DNA of 64,000 nt, taken from contig CAVOMX010000014.1 in NCBI GenBank assembly GCA_963697165.1, positions 32,001-96,000 on the forward strand, written 5' to 3'. Under the pieces are notes generated by a model, which was given only the letters and a program-made list of their open reading frames with translations, searched no databases and was not told the origin of the DNA. A program made the position numbers and the translations under genes. The DNA is from Candidatus Bathyarchaeota archaeon (lineage in GTDB: Archaea > Thermoproteota > Bathyarchaeia > Bathyarchaeales > Bathyarchaeaceae). Shown one piece after another: positions 31,183-40,734 of this stretch (position 1 is the first letter of the stretch; each line of letters opens with the position of its first letter).

Positions 31183-32171
31183 CTATTCTGTTTTAAAGTG
31201 TTCCCATCCTCGAGCGTCTACAGAAACAGTTTTTTCACCTGTTTTTAGCAGACATTGTTTCTCTTTGGTAACTATTCCAATCTGTGTGAGATTTCCTCCC
31301 ACTGATTCCACAGCTTTTTTTGCTTCCTGCCAAAGACTTGGTTTAATTGTTACAACAAGCTCATATTCCTCTCCGCCATACAAAGCTAACTCCGCAGAAT
31401 CAAAACCATGAATATCCGCAAACATTTCCACTTCATGAGCTATAGGAAGATTGTTAATACAAAAGCCCACGTTACTCGCTTTAGAAAGCTCATGAAGACT
31501 CCACGCTAAGCCATCGCTAGAGTCTATGGAGGCAGTTGCGACCTGCGATTGAGCCAAAGCTATTCCTTCATTGACCCTTGCATTGGGCATGAGGACAGAC
31601 TCAACAAGCACTCCCATTATATCAGGAGCTGAAAGCCCATCTTCAGAATCTTCAATCCAGAGGTTGTTTTTCCGAAATAACCAGTTACTGCAATGTAATC
31701 TCCGGCTTTTGCGCCACTACGCTTTATCAAGTGATGCCTGTTGCATACTCCTAAGGCGGTGCAACTTATTATTAACTCAGAGGCTTCGTTTGTGTCGCCT
31801 CCCAGTATGTATGTGTCGTATTCGCGGGCGCCAGCATTTAGTCCCTTGCTCATCTGTTGTATGTCCGTTTCTGTAAAGTTTGGAGGTACTCCGATAGAGG
31901 CCAATAGAGCTAGAGGCTTTGCTCCCTTTGCTGCTAGATCACTTATGTTCATTACTACTGCTTTGCGGGCGGCTTGCCAGAGGCTCATGGTTCGCGGAAC
32001 ATCTGTTTTTCTGACGAGCATATCAATGTTTATTACTGCAATTTTGTCGTGTCCCATGTCTATTGCTGAGGCGTCGTCTCCGAATGGAAGTGGCGTATTG
32101 GGCATCTGGTCCAGGCAATCTAGAATGAGTTTTATGATTTTTCTTTCGCCCAGATCCTTGGCTGAACTCAA
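31183..32171 (-). CDS. thiL: Thiamine-monophosphate kinase (-1 frameshift near 31640)
   Basis: GERKII, FGDDAS, NISDLAAKGA, GGDTN in the first ORF; SIDSSDGL, GGEEYEL, GWEHF in the second. Confidence 0.92.
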
Positions 32172-32192
32172 CGTGAGACCCTCATCATGTAA

Positions 32193-32218
32193 TGTTTGCT
32201 CCCGAATGTCTTAAAAAT
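32193..32218. repeat. Direct repeat, copy 1 (26 bp, 1 mismatch to 34356-34381)
   Basis: TGTTTGCTCCCGAATGTCTTAAAAAT versus TGTTTTCTCCCGAATGTCTTAAAAAT. Confidence 0.85.
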
Positions 32219-32513
32219 ACCTGTTAATGTTAACGAGGGCATATTGATGAGCACAGGGAACAAGCGTCGCTCCTAAGATAGCCATGGGTTACTATCTGAG
32301 ATCATCTGGAAAAACTGAATAAATGCAACAGCAATGAGAATAATATAGGAATTAACCTAGAATAACTTGGGATAAAAAGAGAATAATTCTGAAAAATCCT
32401 TTTATAATATATAGGGCGCTGAAATTATCAGAAAATATGTCAAAAGGTTAAAAGAGATGGGTGATGTGGCAGGTTCTGTTTTTGAAACAAATATATATTA
32501 CATCTAAAGGCTC

Positions 32514-34218
32514 TTGTACAACAATAACTGGAGAGGAAACGGCGTGAATGCAAACAAAGTTGTGTTTTTAATTTCTTTATGTGTAATAGTTTTATGTGCA
32601 GTTAATATTCAACCGATTAGAGCACAAGAAACTACAATTGTCTATATTTTAAGCGATGGAAGCTTTCAATCTTCAACAGGAATTGGAGCACCTATCCAAA
32701 AAGAGGGAAATGTATACACTCTCACAGACAACCTTGTCGGTTATTCTTTGGCGGTTCAATGCGCAAACATTACAATTGATGGTGCGGGCTTTAGCCTCTC
32801 AGGAGATGGTGAAGTAGGAATAGATTTGTCAAACATAAATGATGTAACGATCAAGGATTTGCTTATACAAGGTGCTTATTACTACGGCATCCGCATGATG
32901 GTATCCTCTGACATCACAATCCTGGGAAATACCATAACTGGAAACAATTTTGGCATTTATATAAGCAACTCTACACGAAATACAATTTTGGGAAATACAA
33001 TAAAGAACAATGGTGTGGGCATTAACATAATGTCGTCATCAAATCTAGTGTTTAGAAATAACGACATAGAAAATAATCAAAATATAGCGGTTTATGGCAC
33101 ATTGCTTTCACACTTCGCTAATGATATTGACGTTTCAAACACAATCAATGGAAAAAAAGTCTATTATTTGATCAATGAAAAAAATCTAGTTATAACTCCA
33201 GATACATTTCCAGACGTAGGAATGCTTGCACTCGTAAGCTGTACGAACATAACGGTTCAAAATATACAACTAACTGATAATGGACAAGGATTATTATTGG
33301 CATACACGACAAACTCGAAAATAGTAGACAACACAATAACTGAAAATTATAATGGAATATTGATTTTTAGCGCTTCCAACAACGAAGTTACAGGCAACAC
33401 AATAATCAACAGTTATAGAGCCCTCCAAATTAGCAAGTCTTCAAAAAACAACAGGATAAATAATAATAATATAACTGACAACAAGGAAGGGATTCTTTTA
33501 TTCGATTCTTCACTGAACACTTTTGTTGGCAACATCTTCCAAAATAACGAGATGGCCATGGGTTTCAGTTCGTCATCAAGCAACACAATTTATGGCAACT
33601 ATTTCATCAATAATAATGAACAGTTTTATGACACTAGCATGCAGGATTCTTCAATAAGTAACTCGATGAATTATTGGTACTTTGATTATCCTATAGGCGG
33701 CAATTATTGGAGTGATTACATAGGTTTTGACCTAAAGAGTGGGGTCAATCAAGATCAAGAGGGCAGTGATAACATAGGAGATACACCCTACATTATATAC
33801 GAAAACATAAAAGATGAATACCCACTTTTGCCATATGGAAGTCCTCTCGCGGTGTCCATTGTTTCGCCTGAAAATAAGACATACAATTCAAACTCTGTTC
33901 TCTTAAAATACACGACGAGTAAAACAGAGTTAGTGATAGGTTACAGTTTAGATGGATCAAACAAACATCACAGTCAGTGAAAGCATAACATTATCTAGCT
34001 TGTCTGATGGTCCACATAAACTGACGGTTTATGCAAAAGATACAGATGGAAATGGAACTTCTGACACAGTTTACTTCACTATATCCGAAGAAGCAGAAAC
34101 ACCAACGGATAATGAAGAAACAGAGGAGTTACCAATAACATTGATTGCTGCAGCAATAGGAGTATTGGTTGCAATTGGAGTGTCTCTTTTATACTTCCTG
34201 AAGATAAAGAAAAAATGA
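32514..34218 (+). CDS. Cell-surface NosD/CASH parallel beta-helix protein with Ig-like domain and C-terminal TM anchor (+1 frameshift near 33965)
   Basis: Signal peptide, ITIDGAG, N-rich NTIxxN repeats, GGNYWSDY, DEYPL, SIVSPENKTY, LSDGPHKLTVYA, TM helix + KIKKK. Confidence 0.87.
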
Positions 34219-34355
34219 GTCTCATAAAAGGGTGATCCCAATTTAAGTTCACATACAGGGTTGTAGACGCTGTAGCCACCCACCAGCGGATGATGCACAA
34301 GCACATTTTTATTTCAATAACAGAATAGAAAATTTTTAGGTGCACCTCTGTTGGC

Positions 34356-34381
34356 TGTTTTCTCCCGAATGTCTTAAAAAT
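34356..34381. repeat. Direct repeat, copy 2; contains the probable TATA box of tRNA-Thr(CGT)
   Basis: Matches 32193-32218. TTAAAAA lies about 30 nt before the tRNA. Confidence 0.85.
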
Positions 34382-34408
34382 GCGTATTTCGCTCAATTCA
34401 CTGCAAAC

Positions 34409-34485
34409 GCCTCGGTGGCTCAGCCCGGTAGAGCGGCAGCCTCGTAAGCTGTTGGTCGCGGGATCAAATCCCGCCCGAGGCTCCA
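34409..34485 (+). tRNA. tRNA-Thr(CGT), CCA encoded, no intron
   Basis: Acceptor GCCTCGG/CCGAGGC-T-CCA, anticodon arm GCAGC-CTCGTAA-GCTGT, T arm GCGGG-ATCAAAT-CCCGC. Confidence 0.96.
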
Positions 34486-34653
34486 TTCTTGAATTATAGA
34501 CTTGTAGCCAGTTTATGAAATTTCTGAGGTTTCTGAAACATGTAGCGCATGTTCAAAAGAAGTTTAGGTATAGAAAACTTTTCAGGGCACAAAGAGTATA
34601 TATTGTATCGTAAGTAACCATATTAGAACAATAGTTTTTGGAGGAAACAATCA

Positions 34654-35534
34654 ATGGTTGAAAAAAAATTCATAGCAATCGTACTGGTTTGTGTTGCTCT
34701 ATCGGTTGGATTAATTGGAACTACAATGGCACTTGACCAGAAAGACAAGGAGACAGCAAATCAAAACGTGATCAAATCTCGGGACTTGAAAACGAAAAAC
34801 TTACTTTAGAAGCTCAAGTTTCAACCATTCAATCTGAAAAGGTCATTCTGGAAATCCAAGCTTCAAACATCCAATCCGAAACCACGTCACTAAACGACGA
34901 AAAGAATGCTCTTGAAACTCAAGTTTCGAGCCTCCAATCCGAAACAACTGCATTAGAAAACGAAAAAAGCACACTAGAAACACAAGTTTCAGATCTGCAA
35001 GGTAACGTTTCACGTCTCCAATCCGAAGTATCCTCATTAGAAAGCGACAAACTTTCTTTAGAAACACAAGTTTTGAAACTTCAAGCTGATGTCACGTCAT
35101 TGGAAAATGAGGTTATTCAAAGCTTCAGCTCAGGTTATGCTGACGGCAAATCTGACGGTTACCAACTCGGCTACGATGATGGATATGTTCAAGGCACAGA
35201 AGAAATGTCTGGAAGCGGCTGGTACTTAAGAGACCCAACATATGATGAGGCGATTGTTTTCATAAATTCGGACACAACAGATCAAAATGAGTGGACCCCT
35301 ACGTATGTTTGTTATGACTTTACAGCCGACTTCAACTACAACGCCCTTCAGGCGGGTTACAGATGCGGATTTGTGTATATCGAATTTGACGACGGGGCTC
35401 ATGCAATAACATGTTTCAACACTACAGACAGGGGACTAATCTACATAGAACCCCAAACTGACGAAATAGTTCCAGTAGCAATTGGTCAACTCTATGACGT
35501 CTACATCATAGAACGTTTGGGCATTATCTGGTGA
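34654..35534 (+). CDS. Membrane-anchored coiled-coil protein with C-terminal transglutaminase/cysteine-protease-like domain (-1 frameshift near 34770)
   Basis: N-terminal TM helix from ATG 34654, LETQVSSLQSE-type heptad repeats, GYxDG repeats, then YVCYDF...HAI...IEPQTD. Confidence 0.68.
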
Positions 35535-35596
35535 TTCGGGAACCAAAAAACAGCTCTAAACCCCCCTTTTTATTCCTGACCAGCGAAAAGGCAGGT

Positions 35597-36070
35597 TTAT
35601 GTTGTTAGAGCGTTCTTGAGGGGATCTTCAGGTTTGTCTTTGATTATGCTGTGAATGATGAAAGTTTCTGTCTCTTTGACACCGTTCAAGTCATGAATTT
35701 TTTTGACCAAGTCAGTTAACTCTTTGTTGTTCTTTACTAACACTTTTGCGATACTGTCATATTTGCCAAAGATTCTTTGAAACTCAGACACCTGCGGGAA
35801 ACTTTTCACAATGTCTTCAGTCTCTTTTCTATAATCATTTCGTGGGTCTTCTCGCATCAATATGTATGCTTGAATAGTCAGACCTAAAATTTCGGGTTCT
35901 ATTTTTGGAAAAAAGGAGATTAGCAAACCAGAGTCATGCATTTTTTCAATCTTTTTTGCTACAGTTTGCCGTGTGACGCCTATATCTTCGGCTATTTTTA
36001 GAATTGGACGTTGTCCCTTCTCTAATAAATTGAGTAGAATCTTTTTTTCCAAATCTTTGACACTTAACAT
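35597..36070 (-). CDS. Lrp/AsnC family transcriptional regulator
   Basis: N-terminal HTH (IAEDIGVTRQTVAKKI) and RAM domain (IFGKYD...GVKETETFII). Confidence 0.9.
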   Translation of the reverse strand: MLSVKDLEKKILLNLLEKGQRPILKIAEDIGVTRQTVAKKIEKMHDSGLLISFFPKIEPEILGLTIQAYILMREDPRNDYRKETEDIVKSFPQVSEFQRIFGKYDSIAKVLVKNNKELTDLVKKIHDLNGVKETETFIIHSIIKDKPEDPLKNALTT

Positions 36071-36078
36071 TTTGTTAA
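36064..36078. promoter_or_regulatory. Perfect 15-bp palindrome overlapping the Lrp start codon (candidate operator)
   Basis: TTAACA-TTT-TGTTAA in the divergent lrp/pckG region. Confidence 0.5.
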
Positions 36079-36153
36079 CGTAACCTTTAAAAGTGTTAGC
36101 AATTTTTAAACTTTTCTAACGATTAATCAACACGGAGTAAAAGAGGCTAAACC

Positions 36154-38031
36154 ATGAACCCATACATTGAAGCATTACGACCTAAACTAAGCAAATCGGA
36201 CTACGAAAAACTGTGTGCAATAACAATTCCCAAAGTCCATGAATTCATCGCCAAATCTGCTGACCTTTGCAACGCCGAACATGTATTCATCTGCTGCGAT
36301 TCTGCTGAAGACAAAAATTACATCCGGCAACAAGCAATCGCCAGCAAAGAAGAAACCGCATTGGACATCCATGGACACACCATCCACTTTGATGGCTTTT
36401 ATGATCAGGGACGAGATCGAAAAGCCACAAAATACCTTGTACCTAAAAGAATTTTTCTCAGCAAAGCTCTCAACCAAATTGACCGTCAAGAAGGTTTAGC
36501 AGAAGTAAAAGGGCTACTCAGAGACTCCATGACAGGTCGAACATTGATTGCACGTTTTCTTTCTTTAGGACCCGCCAACTCAGTATTCACAATTCTTGGA
36601 TTACAATGCACTGATTCATGGTATGTAGCCCACTCAGAAGACCTCTTATACAGGCCTGGCTACAAAGTTTTCAGCCAATCAGGCTCGGACACAGACTTTT
36701 TACGAGTCTTACATTCAGCAGGGAAACTAACCGAGAATATGGTCAGCGCAGAACATACCAAAAAATGTATCTACATAGACCACATGGACAACACAATCTA
36801 CAGTCTCAACACCCAATACGCAGGCAATTCGATAGGTTTTAAGAAACTCGCCTTTCGCTTAGCTATCCGAAAAGCAAACACTGAAGGATGGCTAGCCGAG
36901 CACATGATGTTAATGGGTGTGCATGGTCCTAATGGGCGCAAAACATATTTTGCTGGTGCGTTTCCCAGCGCCTGCGGAAAAACATCTACAGCTATGTTGC
37001 CAGGCGAAACCATTCTAGGCGATGACATTGCATACATTCGTGAGATTGATTCAGTTGCAAAAGCAGTAAATGTTGAAGCAGGCATTTTTGGAATTATGAA
37101 AGATGTTAACCCTATAGATGATGCGTCAATCTTTAAGGTGCTTCATAATCCAGGCGAAATCATCTTTTCTAACGTGTTGATTAAAGACGGAAAACCATAC
37201 TGGTTGGGCATGGGCAGTGAACTTCCTAAAGAAGGAATTAACTTCTCAGGAAAATGGTACGAAGGCAAGAAAGACGAAAAAGGTAACGAAATTCCAGCTG
37301 CCCACAAGAACGCGCGATACGCAGTAACTCTAAAAGCACTGGAAAATTGTGACCCCGAATTAGAAAACCCGTTAGGAGTTGAGTTGAAAGGCATAATGTA
37401 TGGCGGACGGGACACTAAAGCCTATGTTCCTGTGCAACAAAGCTTTGATTGGGAGCACGGAATTATCGCTTACGGAGCATCTTTGGAAACGGAAACAACT
37501 TTTGCTACAATAGGTAAAGAAGGAGTGCCTGAAATTAACATGATGAGCATTCAGGACTTCATTTCCATTCCATTAGGAAAGAATGTGCGGAATAACGTTG
37601 AGTTTGGAAAGAAGCTCGAGAAACCGCCCGTTGTTTTTGGAGTTAACTATTTCTTGCAGGACAAAAAAGGCAACTACCTCAATGACCCGCGGGACAAACA
37701 TGTTTGGGTAAAATGGATGGAACTACGAGTCCACGACGAAGTTGATGCAATAAAAACACCCACTGGATACATCCCAAAATATGAAGATTTATGCAAGCTC
37801 TTCAAACAGTTACTAGATAAAGACTACAGCAAAGAAGATTATGTCAAACAGTTCAGCATTCGGGTTCAAGAAAATATGGCTAAAATCAAGCGAGTCAGAC
37901 AGTTCTATAAGAAGAATGTCACGTATACGCCAGAAGCGGTGTTTTGGGTACTAAACGAGCAGTACGAGCGCATCCTTAACGCCAAAGAAAAATATGGCAA
38001 CTACATTTCACCCGAAGAATTCAAAGAATAA
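36154..38031 (+). CDS. pckG: Phosphoenolpyruvate carboxykinase (GTP)
   Basis: YAGNSIGFKK, WLAEHM, AFPSACGKTS, GDDIAY, AHKNARY. Confidence 0.95.
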   Translation: MNPYIEALRPKLSKSDYEKLCAITIPKVHEFIAKSADLCNAEHVFICCDSAEDKNYIRQQAIASKEETALDIHGHTIHFDGFYDQGRDRKATKYLVPKRIFLSKALNQIDRQEGLAEVKGLLRDSMTGRTLIARFLSLGPANSVFTILGLQCTDSWYVAHSEDLLYRPGYKVFSQSGSDTDFLRVLHSAGKLTENMVSAEHTKKCIYIDHMDNTIYSLNTQYAGNSIGFKKLAFRLAIRKANTEGWLAEHMMLMGVHGPNGRKTYFAGAFPSACGKTSTAMLPGETILGDDIAYIREIDSVAKAVNVEAGIFGIMKDVNPIDDASIFKVLHNPGEIIFSNVLIKDGKPYWLGMGSELPKEGINFSGKWYEGKKDEKGNEIPAAHKNARYAVTLKALENCDPELENPLGVELKGIMYGGRDTKAYVPVQQSFDWEHGIIAYGASLETETTFATIGKEGVPEINMMSIQDFISIPLGKNVRNNVEFGKKLEKPPVVFGVNYFLQDKKGNYLNDPRDKHVWVKWMELRVHDEVDAIKTPTGYIPKYEDLCKLFKQLLDKDYSKEDYVKQFSIRVQENMAKIKRVRQFYKKNVTYTPEAVFWVLNEQYERILNAKEKYGNYISPEEFKE

Positions 38032-38079
38032 AATAGAAAAAAGGGGGAATTCCCCAATTTTTCTTATTTTGCTTTTTTT
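38031..38079 (+). terminator. Hairpin plus T-tract terminator after pckG
   Basis: GGGGAATTCCCC core flanked by A-rich/T-rich arms, followed by TTTTTTT. Confidence 0.55.
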
Positions 38080-38142
38080 GAAAACGGAAAATCTATAGGC
38101 TAGTCCTAATAAGAACATTAAATAATCCGTTAAGTATGGCGT

Positions 38143-38219
38143 GCCTCGGTGGCTCAGCCCGGTAGAGCGGCAGCCTTGTAAGCTGTTGGTCGCGGGATCA
38201 AATCCCGCCCGAGGCTCCA
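38143..38219 (+). tRNA. tRNA-Thr(TGT), CCA encoded, no intron
   Basis: Identical to 34409-34485 except the wobble base (loop CTTGTAA). Confidence 0.96.
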
Positions 38220-38319
38220 TTTACATATTCTGAACTTTTTGAAACATTTTTTAAGTGTAATTTAGATACGTTACTTTTCAAAGACTTTGCCTTGAGTAAT
38301 CTGGATGTGAAAGAACGTT

Positions 38320-39096
38320 ATGGTGTCGCTTATCGAAATTTTGATTCTAGCGGTTATTCAGGGTTTAACAGAGTGGTTACCCGTCTCTAGTTCGGGTCAT
38401 CTCATAATCATCCAAAAAGTTCTCGGATTGAACCTTCCACTAATCTACAGTGTAATGTTGCATGTTGGCACTTTGTTCGTTGTTCTCACAGTTTTTCGGA
38501 AAGATATCTTAGACATTATCAAAGCTTTGGTTAAACGCGATTTTGGTACTGAAGAGGGAAAACTTGGGTTATTCATAACCGTTGGCAGCGTGCCAATTGC
38601 CATTATAGGCTTCGTTTTCTACGATGTATTCGAATCTCTATTCTATAACCTCCCTGTCGTAGGTTTAGCCCTATTAATCACGGGTTGGATAATCTTCGTT
38701 TCCGAAAAAAGATTAGGCAACAGAAAAATGGGCATCCTAGATTCACTTATAATGGGACTGGCTCAAGGAGTCACCATAATCCCAGGCATCTCCAGAAGCG
38801 GCATAACAATAGCCACAGGATTACTAAGAAAAATTGACAAAGCAACCGCTTTTAGGTATTCATTCTTGTTATCTGTGCCCGCCGTAATAGGAGCAACAGT
38901 CATGGAATCAAAAGACTTGGTGACGGGAAACGTGGACGCGGTTCCGTTGTTTCTGGGAGCAATAATTTCCATGGTAGTGGGTTACACATCTCTTAAACTT
39001 CTTCAGAAGATAATTATGAACGAGAAATTCCACCTATTTGCATATTACTGTTGGACAGTAGGAATAGCGATAATTCTTTTCACAATCTTTCAATAA
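38320..39096 (+). CDS. uppP: Undecaprenyl/polyprenyl-diphosphate phosphatase (BacA/UppP)
   Basis: IQGLTEWLPVSSSGHL, PGISRSG, FSFLLS-like YSFLLSVP, FAYYC. Confidence 0.93.
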   Translation: MVSLIEILILAVIQGLTEWLPVSSSGHLIIIQKVLGLNLPLIYSVMLHVGTLFVVLTVFRKDILDIIKALVKRDFGTEEGKLGLFITVGSVPIAIIGFVFYDVFESLFYNLPVVGLALLITGWIIFVSEKRLGNRKMGILDSLIMGLAQGVTIIPGISRSGITIATGLLRKIDKATAFRYSFLLSVPAVIGATVMESKDLVTGNVDAVPLFLGAIISMVVGYTSLKLLQKIIMNEKFHLFAYYCWTVGIAIILFTIFQ

Positions 39097-39220
39097 AGTA
39101 GGTATATGTTCTCTCTAAAAAAGAGGGAAACTTCTTAAGGTTGATCGAGATTTTTGAAAAGGAAGACTAACGTATTTAAGCTATGTAACCAATATTGAAA
39201 AAGAATGTAGAGGGGATATC

Positions 39221-39520
39221 GTGGGAAGGAAGGTCAAACGCGAAGACTATAATGCAATCAAAGTGCCAGCAGGAAACGATGTAATAGGCATAGCCAAAAC
39301 AATGCTTGGGTTCGACAGACTAATGGTGAGCTGCCAAGACGGACATGAACGCCTCTGTAGGATACGCGGAAAAATGAAACGCAGAATGTGGATAAGAGTA
39401 GGAGATATCGTTTTGGTTTCTCCCTGGGATTTTCAATCTGACGAGCGGGGTGACATAATATGGCGTTACAAGAGAAATCAGGGAGACTGGTTGAGAAGAA
39501 AAGGCTACATGAAAGTTTGA
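39221..39520 (+). CDS. eif1a: Translation initiation factor aIF-1A
   Basis: MLGFDR...CQDGHERLCRIRGKMKRRMWIRVGDIVLVSPWDFQ. Confidence 0.96.
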   Translation: MGRKVKREDYNAIKVPAGNDVIGIAKTMLGFDRLMVSCQDGHERLCRIRGKMKRRMWIRVGDIVLVSPWDFQSDERGDIIWRYKRNQGDWLRRKGYMKV

Positions 39521-39612
39521 CATAACCTGTAACTATCATCTTTTTGATTAACAGTAGGATTTAAAAGAGAGTCTATCCAACAATAACAGCACAAATATCG
39601 GAGAATCGAAAA

Positions 39613-39909
39613 ATGAGCAAAAAAACTAGTGACTCAAACATTATATACGTAGGAAGAAAACCTCCCATGAATTATGTGTTAGGCATCGTAACCGCTTTCA
39701 GCGGATCCGAAACAAAAGATGTTACTGTGAAGGCGAGAGGACAAGCTATAACAACAGCAGTTGATGCAGTCGAAATAGCTAGGCGCAGATTCGTAAAAGA
39801 AATGAAAGTAGACAAAATTGCCATCGGAACCGAAGAGATGCCGCCAAGGGAAGGAGAAAGTAACTCAAGGATGATTTCAACCATTGAGATCACCTTGAAA
39901 CGAAGCTAG
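39613..39909 (+). CDS. albA: Chromatin/RNA-binding protein Alba
   Basis: IYVGRKPPMNYV, KARGQAITTAVDAVEI, ISTIEITL. Confidence 0.95.
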   Translation: MSKKTSDSNIIYVGRKPPMNYVLGIVTAFSGSETKDVTVKARGQAITTAVDAVEIARRRFVKEMKVDKIAIGTEEMPPREGESNSRMISTIEITLKRS

Positions 39910-39947
39910 ACAACAACTGCTAGCGTATTCTCTACGTATTTCGGAAA

Positions 39948-40045
39948 ACGGACAAAATCTCGACTAAAGGTCGCAGTGTCTGGAGCTCCCTAGATGGAGT
40001 TCTTTGTGGTTCACTGCAGCAAATGGGTGTTCGCAGATAGTCCGT
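39948..40045 (+). ncRNA. Candidate structured RNA element in or after the alba 3' UTR
   Basis: Nested stems ACGGAC/GTCCGT, ATCT/AGAT, GCAGTG/CACTGC, GGAGCTCC/GGAGTTCT, followed by a long T tract. Confidence 0.4.
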
Positions 40046-40057
40046 AATCTAATCGAA

Positions 40058-40077
40058 TTTTTTTCTTTTTTTTGTTT
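40058..40077 (+). terminator. Oligo-T terminator
   Basis: TTTTTTTCTTTTTTTTGTTT downstream of alba. Confidence 0.6.
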
Positions 40078-40167
40078 CCAATTAACGTCTTTGTTAATTA
40101 TTTAACTTATTATTATACCGTAAGACTTAAGACTTGATATAGTTTAATAGATAAATAGGGAAAGCGC

Positions 40168-40734
40168 TTGGGAAAAGCCACCTTACTAACACCGGTGTAC
40201 ATCTCCGTAGCATGGACATTGATGACCAGCTACCAGCTTTTTACTCAAACAACAGTAGATACAGTTACGACATACATCTACACGTATTTGCCTACAGTAG
40301 GCGCTTGGATGGCTTCCAGAATAGACATGCTCGTATTCATCCATTCATTCGCATGGATCTTCCTTTTGTCATCATTTATTCCTTCATTACTTCTGGGAAA
40401 GCAGAGAGGCGTCCTTGTCCAATTCGGTCTATGCTTAACATTGGCAGTTTTGGCAAATATTGTTCAAGGTGCTGTGGCCGACATCAGCCAAGGACCACTA
40501 GATCAAATCCTAGGCGTAGCACCATTGTTCCAAAATCCAGTATTGGCCGCAGGTTATATGTCGTTACCATATCTTTTGATGGTTTGGTTCGATATTCGGG
40601 GTAAACGCAAAAAGATAGAAATGTTAAATTTTAAAATGGAAAGTAACGATTTTCCAGAAGACGTTTTCATTGTTGAAAACGATTTTAGAGAAGAGGAAAA
40701 AGCACAAGAATACGAACAAACACATCCACAATAA
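40168..40734 (+). CDS. Hypothetical membrane protein (about 4 TM helices, acidic tail)
   Basis: Hydrophobic segments; its stop overlaps the next start (TAATG). Confidence 0.7.
   Translation: MGKATLLTPVYISVAWTLMTSYQLFTQTTVDTVTTYIYTYLPTVGAWMASRIDMLVFIHSFAWIFLLSSFIPSLLLGKQRGVLVQFGLCLTLAVLANIVQGAVADISQGPLDQILGVAPLFQNPVLAAGYMSLPYLLMVWFDIRGKRKKIEMLNFKMESNDFPEDVFIVENDFREEEKAQEYEQTHPQ

Noticed and set aside
32244..32300. TGATGA...CTGA spaced like a C/D box sRNA
   Set aside because: No convincing D'/C' boxes and no rRNA/tRNA target identifiable by eye; the short motifs could be chance.
34079..34486. Minus-strand ORF MEPRAGFDPATNSL... and its twin at 38008-38220
   Set aside because: Both are antisense translations of the tRNA-Thr genes, not proteins.
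34780..35110. Repeated CAAGTTTC/CAATCCGAA units as a possible CRISPR array
   Set aside because: The spacing is in multiples of 21 nt, the units are degenerate and they encode coiled-coil heptads. There are no unique spacers and no cas genes.
34486..38142. Active integrative element between the tRNAs
   Set aside because: No integrase or replication genes, both tRNAs are complete, and the cargo includes a core metabolic gene.
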